Of a stretch of DNA of 64,000 nucleotides, positions 39,021-47,143 are shown piece by piece. Source of the stretch: an uncultured Candidatus Saccharibacteria bacterium. Its GTDB lineage: Bacteria; Patescibacteriota; Saccharimonadia; CAILAD01; GCA-016700035. How positions within the stretch are numbered: position 1 is the stretch's first letter; every line of letters begins with the position of its first letter. A program made the position numbers and the translations under genes. Below the pieces are notes generated by a model, which made no database searches, was not told the origin of the DNA, and was given only the letters and a program-made list of their open reading frames with translations. The stretch is from contig CAZHSY010000002.1 of the NCBI GenBank assembly GCA_964535385.1, positions 6,939 to 70,938 of the forward strand, in the 5' to 3' direction.

Positions 39021-40274
39021 ATGGCTCAACTCGTCGTTACCGGACCCACTCGCTTGCACGGCACCTGGCAGACTGCCGGTAGTAAAAATGGCGTTTTGCC
39101 CATGCTGGCAGCTAGCCTGCTCTGTACCGAACCAGTTGAATTTACGAACGTACCCGAGATCAGTGACATCGATGTGATGTGTCAGATCCTTGAGTCACTC
39201 GGTGCTCGGATCGAACGCCACGATCACCGCCTGATCATTAATGCTGGACACGTCGCCCCTGCCCACATCCCAGCTGAGCTCACAGCCAAGATGCGCGCCT
39301 CCGTCCTGGTACTTGGACCAGCTGTAGCTCGTCTGGGTGAAACCTCTATTGCTGCCCCAGGTGGTGATATTATTGGCGCCCGACCAATTGGCAGCCACCT
39401 GACAGCCCTCCAGAAGCTTGGACTTCGGGTCGAGCAAAAGGATGGTATTACGTCGGTCAGCGGCAAGCCGCGCGGATCACGCATTGTACTCGGCGAGCTG
39501 ACCGTAACCGGCTCTGAAAACGCCATCATGGCTGCCTGTCTAGCCGAAGGTACCACCGAACTCCGCATGGTGGCCGTCGAACCACACGTCGAGGATCTCT
39601 GTCACATGCTCGTGCAATTTGGCGCCCAGATCAAAGGCATCGGCACCCACAACCTCACGATTATCGGCCAGCCACGTCTCAAAGGTGGTAGTTGGCGAGT
39701 AGCTCCTGATCAGCTCGAAAGCGGCACCATTGCCATTGCGGCGGCGGCCGCGCGTGGCGATGTCCGGATCGATGATTTCTTGATTAACGAGCATGATTCT
39801 CTGCTGACTATTTTCAATGAGCTCGGTGTTAATTACGAGATCCTCTCACCGACCGCAATTCATATCCATCCGCCGGCTAGCCCCTATCAAGCTGTCAGTA
39901 TCCGCACCCAACCCTACCCAAACTTCCCCTCTGACCTCCAAGCACCGCTAGCCGTACTTCTTACTCAAGCCGAGGGCACCTCTGAGATCTTCGAGACTCT
40001 CTACGAAGGTCGCCTGCACTATCTCTATGAGCTCCAGCGCATGGGCGCCACCGTCGGCATTCGTGATGCCCACACCGGACTCATTACCGGACCAACCCCA
40101 CTCTTCGGCACTGATCTGATCAGCTTCGATATCCGAGCTGGAGCGACTATTCTCCTCGCCGGCATGATTGCTGAGGGCAAAACCGTGATTGACCGCATCG
40201 AGCATATTGATAGAGGTTACGAGCGCATCGACGAGCGGTTACGAGCACTCGGTGCAAAACTCGAACGAGTTTAA
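39021..40274 (+). CDS. murA: UDP-N-acetylglucosamine 1-carboxyvinyltransferase
   Basis: 417-aa EPT family; catalytic-loop Cys region and overall collinearity with MurA. Confidence 0.9.
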   Translation: MAQLVVTGPTRLHGTWQTAGSKNGVLPMLAASLLCTEPVEFTNVPEISDIDVMCQILESLGARIERHDHRLIINAGHVAPAHIPAELTAKMRASVLVLGPAVARLGETSIAAPGGDIIGARPIGSHLTALQKLGLRVEQKDGITSVSGKPRGSRIVLGELTVTGSENAIMAACLAEGTTELRMVAVEPHVEDLCHMLVQFGAQIKGIGTHNLTIIGQPRLKGGSWRVAPDQLESGTIAIAAAAARGDVRIDDFLINEHDSLLTIFNELGVNYEILSPTAIHIHPPASPYQAVSIRTQPYPNFPSDLQAPLAVLLTQAEGTSEIFETLYEGRLHYLYELQRMGATVGIRDAHTGLITGPTPLFGTDLISFDIRAGATILLAGMIAEGKTVIDRIEHIDRGYERIDERLRALGAKLERV

Positions 40275-40284
40275 GCCGTGCGAT

Positions 40285-40318
40285 CAGGCCAGGCCTTGGC
40301 TCGCCAAGGCCTGGCCTG
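40285..40318. repeat. REP-like palindrome caggccaggccttgg-ctcg-ccaaggcctggcctg
   Basis: perfect 15-bp arms between the convergent murA and prfB. Confidence 0.8.
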
Positions 40319-40362
40319 CAACAACCATCGTGTCATCTTGAACTCGTTTCAGGATGACAGCT

Positions 40363-41445
40363 CTATTTGCTAAGCTGCTTCGTTAAGTATGCCTCTATAA
40401 AAGGCTCTAGATTGCCCCCTAAAGTTCCATCCGTATCGCTGGTTTCATAATCCGTTCGGTGATCCTTCACCTTTTTGTAAGGATGCAGCACATACGAGCG
40501 AATCTGCTGACCCCAGTCAGCTGACTGGACTTTGCCACGCAGCTCGGCAATCGAGTCGAGGTGCTGCTCATGTGCCAGATCGGCTAAGCGGCTCGCTAAG
40601 ATACTCATGGCCTTGGCCTTATTCTTGAGTTGCGAACGTTCATTTTGGATACTCACTACAATGCCAGTTGGGAGGTGCGTGATGCGTACAGCTGAGTCGG
40701 TTGTATTCACACTTTGTCCACCATGCCCGCCAGCACGAAACACATCGATGCGCAAATCCTTCTCATCCAGATCAATATCCTCCATGGGGATTTCTGGCAC
40801 CACATCCACCAGAGCAAAGCTGGTCTGCCTGAGGCTATCACTATTAAAAGGACTAAGCCGAACCAAGCGATGCACCCCCTTCTCACTCTTAAGCTTCCCG
40901 AAAGCGAAGTTCCCACGGAGCTCGAGTGTAGCTGACTTAATACCGGCTTCTTCCCCGCGCGAGATGTCGATCAGCTCCGCACTCAAGCCAGCTTTCTCGG
41001 CATAGCGCGTATACATAGTCAGAAGCATTTCTGCCCAATCCTGAGCATCTGTTCCGCCCACCCCAGCCGAGATCTGGACAATGGCTGGTGATTTGTCATA
41101 CTCACCCGAGAGCTTCACGGCAATCAAGGTAGCTTCAGCCCGCGCGGTGAGATCTTTAAGCTTGGCTTCAAACTCCGCTAGCTGATCGTCGTCGGAAAGT
41201 TCACCCAACTCAATAAACGTCTTGAGCTCATCTTCGAGCGTATGCCAATTCTCAAGGTAATCCTTGAGCTGAGCGGCTTCCTTGCTAATCTTCTCTGCCG
41301 CTGCTGGATCTGACCAGAAATCGGGCTGGACCATCTGTCCCTCAAAATCCTTGAGCCGCGCCAAATCCGCCTCCAACCCAAGTTGGGCCGTAGCTGCTTC
41401 TACCCGTTTCAAGAGCGTTTGAGCTTCAGTAATAAGTGGCTTCAT
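40363..41445 (-). CDS. prfB: peptide chain release factor 2 (no programmed frameshift)
   Basis: SPF and GGQ motifs; the reading frame is continuous from the start. Confidence 0.9.
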   Translation of the reverse strand: MKPLITEAQTLLKRVEAATAQLGLEADLARLKDFEGQMVQPDFWSDPAAAEKISKEAAQLKDYLENWHTLEDELKTFIELGELSDDDQLAEFEAKLKDLTARAEATLIAVKLSGEYDKSPAIVQISAGVGGTDAQDWAEMLLTMYTRYAEKAGLSAELIDISRGEEAGIKSATLELRGNFAFGKLKSEKGVHRLVRLSPFNSDSLRQTSFALVDVVPEIPMEDIDLDEKDLRIDVFRAGGHGGQSVNTTDSAVRITHLPTGIVVSIQNERSQLKNKAKAMSILASRLADLAHEQHLDSIAELRGKVQSADWGQQIRSYVLHPYKKVKDHRTDYETSDTDGTLGGNLEPFIEAYLTKQLSK

Positions 41446-41478
41446 AAGTTTTCATTATACCGTACCTCGACAACGTTG

Positions 41479-41690
41479 CAGGCCAGGCCTTGGCTCACCA
41501 AGGCCTGGCCTGACGAGAAAAACAAACCCAGTGCTCGGCTACCCCACCTAGTACCGGGTCTTTTTGAGCGAGGTCCAGGTGGGGTTCTTTGCTAGAAGCG
41601 GAGGGAAGCGTATATGTAATACGGTGACTGAGCACCGGGGCAGAAACGCCACCTGGGGCCGCTCAAAATGGGCCGCATCGTGTAACAGAA
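41479..41690. repeat. dispersed intergenic element copy E4 (perfect hairpin + core)
   Basis: hairpin at 41479-41512, then gagaaaaacaaacccagtgctcgg, then agcggagggaagcgtatatgtaatacggtgactgagcacc. Confidence 0.55.
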
Positions 41691-41702
41691 GAAGTTAAAA
41701 CT

Positions 41703-41729
41703 AAAAAAGCCCCTTAAGGGGCTTTTTTA
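41703..41729. terminator. bidirectional rho-independent terminator
   Basis: aaaaaagcccctt/aaggggctttttt perfect 13-bp palindrome. Confidence 0.7.
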
Positions 41730-41745
41730 GTTTTAACGATCGTTT

Positions 41746-42921
41746 TTATTTAACGATGTTTTTGAGGGCGTCTTTCAGACCCTTCCGGCTCTTCCGGTAG
41801 AAGTAACCAGCGTAGGTCAGGCCGCCTGTACCCATCAAACCAGCAACACCGGCTTCAACACCAGTCTGGGGTAGTGAAGGGGTTTCAGGAGTAGGGGTCA
41901 CAGTTGGAGTTGGCTTAACAGGAGTAGTTGGGGTAGGAGTTGGGGTAGTCTTACCAGCTACCGTGACTTTCGTCTGGGCAGTGTTAAAGTACTCACCCAT
42001 GCCCTGTGGCTTTACGACAGCAACGTTCTTGAAGGTGTAATCACCAGCTGGAAGGTTGTTGTTGATCTTAGCCTGGAACCACACAAAGCCGTTAGAACCA
42101 GCAGTGTAGTTACCAACATTAACGCCACCAGTAGTGACATTGTCAGAGTTGATCTTGATACCATTTGGGTTAGCAGCGTTCTTCAACATGGTCGTACCAG
42201 GCACATACGTAACATTAGCTGGCATATTGTCAGCGATAATGACGTTGTTCAGCGTGGTATTGCCTTCGTTTTTGAACGAGATCAGGTACTCGAGCGTGTC
42301 ACCAGCCTTGGCAGTGTTCTGGGTAACCCAGTCCTTCTGGCCAAGTACACGGACTTGCTTTGTGACTGATACAGCTGGAGTCTTTACTCGAGCTAGGACA
42401 GTTACGTTAGCCTCGAAGTTGAAGCAAGGCTTTTCGTTACCAAGCACGATACCACCGTTTACAACCTGGTCACTGATCTTATCAGTTACCCAGTTTGGAG
42501 CTTCGTTGGTACCAGTGTTGTGACGCCACTGAGCTGAGCCGGGAATGTATTCCAGCTGGCTCTGGTCGAGGGCGAGATTAACGTTTGCAGTGTCGACAAC
42601 GGTATTGCTGTTGTCAGAGCTGACCGTACCTTTTACAACTTGGGCTTTGCCAGCTGCAGTAGGAAGATCGATTTTTACTTTGAGGTTTTCGGCAACTTTA
42701 TTAGAGTTGGCTTCTTCTTTGTTGTGGTACCAGATTTGCACCTTGACCACTTCATCAGTTTTAGCACTGACAGACTTCTTGTATGTCGTATCACCGGCAG
42801 TTTGGTTAGCAACGGCGGTACGAGCTTCGATCGCAACTTGACCGGCAGCGGCACTTACAGCTGGCATAGCGATAAGGGCAGTAGCAACGGCGAGGTTACG
42901 AAGAGTAGTAGCAACTTTCAT
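41746..42921 (-). CDS. LPXTG-anchored surface protein with Ig-like/DUF11-type repeats
   Basis: signal peptide; C-terminal LPQTG + hydrophobic segment + RKSRKG tail. Confidence 0.7.
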   Translation of the reverse strand: MKVATTLRNLAVATALIAMPAVSAAAGQVAIEARTAVANQTAGDTTYKKSVSAKTDEVVKVQIWYHNKEEANSNKVAENLKVKIDLPTAAGKAQVVKGTVSSDNSNTVVDTANVNLALDQSQLEYIPGSAQWRHNTGTNEAPNWVTDKISDQVVNGGIVLGNEKPCFNFEANVTVLARVKTPAVSVTKQVRVLGQKDWVTQNTAKAGDTLEYLISFKNEGNTTLNNVIIADNMPANVTYVPGTTMLKNAANPNGIKINSDNVTTGGVNVGNYTAGSNGFVWFQAKINNNLPAGDYTFKNVAVVKPQGMGEYFNTAQTKVTVAGKTTPTPTPTTPVKPTPTVTPTPETPSLPQTGVEAGVAGLMGTGGLTYAGYFYRKSRKGLKDALKNIVK

Positions 42922-43130
42922 GCTGTTCTCCTTCTCTAGCTCCAGATGAATCTGAGAGCTGAAATTACTTATGGTTATGTATGATTTCCTACAAACGTCA
43001 AGAACTTTTTCCCTGGTGACAGGGCGGAAATAAGCTGTTAAGTAACCACTTCACACCTGGTGTGAATGACTAGAGTATTCTATCAGAATATAGCTATTTT
43101 GTCAATATCTATGCTTATGGTTAGTGATAG

Positions 43131-43177
43131 GCAGGTGAATAAAAGAGAAAACCCCGGAACGCATGGGTATGCGTTCC
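43131..43177 (-). terminator. rho-independent terminator for the high-GC island operon
   Basis: 13-bp stem ccccggaacgcat/atgcgttccgggg followed on the minus strand by TTTTCTCTTTTATT. Confidence 0.6.
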
Positions 43178-43206
43178 GGGGGAAAGTACCCGAACACCAG
43201 ATGGGA

Positions 43207-44241
43207 TCAAGGCGGCGGAGCCACCGTCCCATTGCTGGTCTGGCCAGCGGTGTTGGTGTTGTTGTCGGGGTTTGAGGCCCCGGCAGTTCCACCAGTACTG
43301 TTGCCGGACGGACCGGAGGTCTGACCCGAAGGGGTCGTCACTCCAGAACCCGTGCCGGTACCCGGGGTACCGTAGGTAGTCGGACGGTACGGATCAGCGC
43401 CCGCCTTGGTGGCGGCCGCATCAGCGTTCTGCTGATCAACCACCTTCTCGGCGTTACCAGGCACATAGCCCGGGGTGGGCGGTTGCGGGTTGGACTGGAC
43501 GGGGTCCAGTTCCGGACCTGAGTCCGGGCTTCCGCAGTACTCACCGGTCTGGCCAGCACACTTCTTCGGCTTGGCCGGTGGTACCGTGGTCGGCGTCGTA
43601 CCCGGAGGCACGGTGGGCTTTCCAGGCTTGGCCGGCTGACCGGGAGTGGGCTGACTGGGCTGCTCGGGAGCAGGTGTCGGCGGCTTGCCGATGGGATTGC
43701 CACAATGCGACAGAACCACCGGAGTACCATCACCCAGGGTCAGAGCGACTCGCACCTGCGAGCGCCCATCATCGAAGGCTTCACAGTTCCCCTCGCCCGC
43801 ACCGCGGGTGTTGGAGAAGCCGTTGACCTTGATGATCGGCAGCGCGGGGTCCATGGGGACACCCTTGCTGTCGAGGCCCTTGGCGGCCTGCTCGTCGCTA
43901 GCATTGGACACCAGCTTGACGCGCAGATCCTTGCCAGTGCGCTCAGCCGCAAGTGCGGCGTCGGCATCGGCCTTGGTGTGGGCTGTGCGCTGCTCGAAGC
44001 ACTGCCAGTAGCCGGCGTTGTCGCCGACCTTGGAGTACAACTCCTCCCAGGTTCCAGCGCCGCCCTTGATGACAGGCGGCTCCGGATCATGGGCACCGGT
44101 CAAGACGACCGGCGTCTCGGCAGCTGCGTCGACAGGATCGTCGACGAACCGCTGTACGATCGTGGGAACGATCAGCAACAGCGCTGCTGCAACCGCCACC
44201 AGCCAGAAGAAATTCTTCTGATTGAACTTGGGCGCGCTCAT
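43207..44241 (-). CDS. high-GC membrane-anchored Cys-containing, Pro/Gly/Thr-rich secreted protein, unknown function
   Basis: about 66% GC; AGAAGGAGG RBS; N-terminal TM, Cys-containing globular domain, PTPAPEQPSQPTPGQP linker, G/T/S-rich tail. Confidence 0.5.
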   Translation of the reverse strand: MSAPKFNQKNFFWLVAVAAALLLIVPTIVQRFVDDPVDAAAETPVVLTGAHDPEPPVIKGGAGTWEELYSKVGDNAGYWQCFEQRTAHTKADADAALAAERTGKDLRVKLVSNASDEQAAKGLDSKGVPMDPALPIIKVNGFSNTRGAGEGNCEAFDDGRSQVRVALTLGDGTPVVLSHCGNPIGKPPTPAPEQPSQPTPGQPAKPGKPTVPPGTTPTTVPPAKPKKCAGQTGEYCGSPDSGPELDPVQSNPQPPTPGYVPGNAEKVVDQQNADAAATKAGADPYRPTTYGTPGTGTGSGVTTPSGQTSGPSGNSTGGTAGASNPDNNTNTAGQTSNGTVAPPP

Positions 44242-44379
44242 GGCGGCCTCCTTCTGTGATCACCGCCGTAGGCGGGTGGATGTTCGGGTACGGGTTCTGA
44301 CGGCGATGTAATCGTCATCAGAATAATACCAGAAGTCAAAGTAGGTGTGATGGGGGCGAAATGCCCCCATCACGGTTGT

Positions 44380-45171
44380 TCAGTTCGACGCTCGAGCCGC
44401 GGCTCCGGCTGACACCGAGGTATCCGCCGGAGCCGGCTGGCCGGGCTGCCAGGGTGACTGGCGGACCGAAACCTGTTCAGCCGTGGGCTGTGCGTCAACG
44501 ACGGGTGTCGTTTCGACAACTGGCGACGGATCGTCACCAGTCTGTCCACCACGACGAGCCGAAGCTCGAGCGCTGGACACCGCCGTCGAGACGGCCTGCC
44601 GGTTGGACAGAACCATGCCAGCCACGAGGCCAACGATGGCCGCAACGATCAAGGTCCAGCACCACTGAATGTTGGTCGCAGTGCCAGGTCGAACGATCTC
44701 GATCACCACGTAGGTGACGAGACCAGCCAGCGCGGCCAGTGCCAGGGGTACCCAACTGTGGGCGTCCCGAAGCTCGTTGATCGCCGCCGCCGAAGCGTTG
44801 GCGGTGACCTCGACGCCCTCGACTCGATCACCCAGCTGGGTGAACTTGAGGTCGTGATCGTCGAGCCGCTGGCCGTGGGTGGCCACGGTGCTGCGCAGAT
44901 CGTGCAGCTCGCTGTCGAGCAGGACGATGCCGCGTTGCACTGAGGCGATCTCCCCCCTGAGAGAGTTGATCAAGGCCTCCGGCACGTCGGCGCTGATGCG
45001 CTGCTCCAGACGCCGCTTGAGCTCCTCGAGGCTGGCGCGTCGGATATCGCGGTCCCGTTCCAGGGTCGCGATGCGATCCTGGTGGGACTGCAGGATGCCC
45101 GTGTGGGCTGTGACCTGACGCGCCAAGCGCGTCGCGGTCGGGTTGGTCATGATCGGTGGTCGGGGCTGCAT
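44380..45171 (-). CDS. high-GC coiled-coil two-TM membrane protein, unknown function
   Basis: about 65% GC; GGAGG RBS; about 130-aa coiled-coil then two hydrophobic helices. Confidence 0.5.
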   Translation of the reverse strand: MQPRPPIMTNPTATRLARQVTAHTGILQSHQDRIATLERDRDIRRASLEELKRRLEQRISADVPEALINSLRGEIASVQRGIVLLDSELHDLRSTVATHGQRLDDHDLKFTQLGDRVEGVEVTANASAAAINELRDAHSWVPLALAALAGLVTYVVIEIVRPGTATNIQWCWTLIVAAIVGLVAGMVLSNRQAVSTAVSSARASARRGGQTGDDPSPVVETTPVVDAQPTAEQVSVRQSPWQPGQPAPADTSVSAGAAARASN

Positions 45172-45238
45172 GGCCCCTCCTCTCTTTGTCTTTTCGTCGA
45201 ACTGTGGGGTTCGCGTCCGGTTTTGGACGTCTGGCGCA

Positions 45239-45267
45239 TATTACCATAAATCGATGAAAAAATCAAG
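45239..45267 (-). promoter_or_regulatory. promoter TTGATTTTTT-N7-TTTATGGTAATAT (near-identical to the 1229-1257 promoter)
   Basis: minus-strand TTGATT (rc of 45262-45267), 17-nt spacer, TAATAT (rc of 45239-45244) with extended TGg; 23 of 29 positions identical to the promoter of the other high-GC gene. Confidence 0.45.
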
Positions 45268-45341
45268 TACTTACCTAGCACGAGCGCCTTGCAACAGACT
45301 ACCCGGTAACAGGCCTGATCTGCAGAAGTTGGTCCTTGCAT

Positions 45342-45369
45342 AAAAAAGACCCCCTGTTACCAGGGGGTC
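45342..45369. terminator. bidirectional terminator hairpin
   Basis: aaaaaa + gaccccctg-ttac-cagggggtc. Confidence 0.6.
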
Positions 45370-45386
45370 AAGAGAAAATCGTCGGT

Positions 45387-46688
45387 TCAGACGAACTCCT
45401 CTTCGAGAACGGACAGGATCTCCTCGATGGAGAGCTCGCCAGCATCGGCCAATTGCTTGGCACGAGCACTGATCCGCTCCGATTCATCAACTTCATCAGT
45501 CAACTCATCGTCAAAGTCCTCCACCGGATCTGGTGTCGGATCTGGGATGGCCGCTTCGGACAAAGCCTGACTGCGCTGGTCTTGCTCCACCTTCTTCAGG
45601 AGGAACGAGAACTTTGGCCAGCTGAAGCTGGTCAGCGCATCCTCGACGGACTGCTCCGAGCGCAGCAGTTGCACCGATCCGCGGTAGTACCAGGCTAGCT
45701 GATTCAGCTCAGGATTCTTCTTGACCTCCACGATGGTGGAGCCAATCAGGTCCTGGTGCCTCCGACCAAGCAAGAGCTGTTCGCTCTCGGTCTCCGACAA
45801 ACCAAACAACCCATACACCCCGTAACCAACTTCGATCACAGCTTCCAGCAACTGAGTAAAGGCCGCACTACGATTGGAGTCCGTGGTGTCACGGGCCCGA
45901 CTCAGAGCCTCAGTCAGACTGAGACTCAGTTCGAGCTGACGTGCTTGGATTGCCTGAGACGAGTCCAGTGGGAGTGGTGCGTCGACTTCGGCGACCACAT
46001 CGTCCTGATCGGTGCTGTCAGCCAGCGAGGAACCTTCCGACGATGACTCGTCATCCGACTCCTCATCGGCTTCCAAAAGCTGAACCTCGTAAGTCACCGG
46101 CGGCTCCGAAGAGTCATCGACGGCTCCATCGGTCACGATCTCCCGCATGACCAGACTGACCACCCGTGGGTCAGCCAGAGTTGCCCAAGAGCCACCTTCC
46201 GGCAACACCACGCCAAGACGCTCATAGCGCTCAGCGATGGCTATCGAAGCTTGTTCCCAAGCTTCGTCATGTGCGGCCAAGCCAGTCGAGACCAACAGAT
46301 AAGCCAACGCACCGAAGGTGCGAGCTGGTGGATCAGCCTCCAGCAGATCACTGACGCGTTGGCATAGCTCCTTGCTGGCCACAGCTTCGTCACTGAGCTG
46401 CTCAAGTCGAAACTCTGGCGTACCCAGTTCCCGACACAGCTCCCTAACGAAATCCAGAGCATCGTCGCGTAGAACTACACCAGCCTCTGTCAGGTCGTCC
46501 ATGACGTCCTTGAGTCGCTGAGGCTGCTTCTTGCGAGGTGGATTCTGAGAGGTCACAGGGTCCTCACTTTCTCCGGCGCTGCCGGTGTCGTGGCCAGTGG
46601 TGGCCGATGACTGCTTGTACTCCAGACAGTCTAGCGGGATATCTGCCAGACTCCGGATAACTTCATGGTTTTGATGACTCGTACCCAT
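45387..46688 (-). CDS. high-GC acidic soluble protein, unknown function
   Basis: 433 aa, strongly acidic (D/E-rich), no TM; AAAGG RBS; AT-rich upstream region. Confidence 0.5.
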   Translation of the reverse strand: MGTSHQNHEVIRSLADIPLDCLEYKQSSATTGHDTGSAGESEDPVTSQNPPRKKQPQRLKDVMDDLTEAGVVLRDDALDFVRELCRELGTPEFRLEQLSDEAVASKELCQRVSDLLEADPPARTFGALAYLLVSTGLAAHDEAWEQASIAIAERYERLGVVLPEGGSWATLADPRVVSLVMREIVTDGAVDDSSEPPVTYEVQLLEADEESDDESSSEGSSLADSTDQDDVVAEVDAPLPLDSSQAIQARQLELSLSLTEALSRARDTTDSNRSAAFTQLLEAVIEVGYGVYGLFGLSETESEQLLLGRRHQDLIGSTIVEVKKNPELNQLAWYYRGSVQLLRSEQSVEDALTSFSWPKFSFLLKKVEQDQRSQALSEAAIPDPTPDPVEDFDDELTDEVDESERISARAKQLADAGELSIEEILSVLEEEFV

Positions 46689-46801
46689 GTCTGCCTTTCT
46701 GGGGTAAAGGTGCGTAAAACAAAGCTGACCTTACTATTTTTTACGAGTAAAGTCAAACTAGGTTTGTTCTAAATTGAACTAAAAAATGGCATACTTGCCT
46801 A

Positions 46802-47131
46802 CTATTGTGTCGAGGCCATCTGACGAGCCTGGGCCAGCACCGCTTGCTGATCAGCTACGAGCTGGTCGGCAGCTTCGCGAGCAGTGACTTCAACAAGCTG
46901 GTCGAAATCCGGCACCAGTTGCCGCAAGCGAGCGTCGACCTGATCGCTTTGATTAGACTCGACCAGCTGATCAATTTCGGCCATAGCGGCTGGACCGACT
47001 TGCTGACTGACTTTGGCCATAACCCGGACCATGGTTAGATCAGCTAGCTGTTCGGCTAACTGCTGCTTGTCGGTTTCGCTGGCTGAGGCCATACCAAGTC
47101 GAGTAAATATATCTGGTTGTTGTGGGTTCAT
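46802..47131 (-). CDS. small helical hypothetical protein
   Basis: 109 aa, Q/A/D-rich helical; 12 bp downstream of the large coiled-coil gene. Confidence 0.4.
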   Translation of the reverse strand: MNPQQPDIFTRLGMASASETDKQQLAEQLADLTMVRVMAKVSQQVGPAAMAEIDQLVESNQSDQVDARLRQLVPDFDQLVEVTAREAADQLVADQQAVLAQARQMASTQ

Positions 47132-47143
47132 ACGTACTTCCTC

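Noticed and set aside
40283-40320. Rho-independent terminator between murA and prfB
   Set aside because: The stem is perfect but there is no U-tract on either side, so it is classified as a REP-like palindrome. It may still stall transcription, but an intrinsic-terminator call is not supported.
40363-41445. Programmed +1 frameshift in prfB
   Set aside because: The RF2 reading frame is continuous from the start codon with no in-frame UGA near codon 25, so this copy appears to be frameshift-independent.
42134-42939. + strand ORFs inside the LPXTG protein gene
   Set aside because: They are antisense to a gene with a clear signal peptide and sorting signal, have Ser/Thr/Leu-rich shadow composition, and show no translation signals.
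43338-45247. Multiple overlapping ORFs on both strands in the high-GC island
   Set aside because: High GC removes stop codons in all frames. Only the three frames with SD sequences, coherent domain architecture and terminators were retained.
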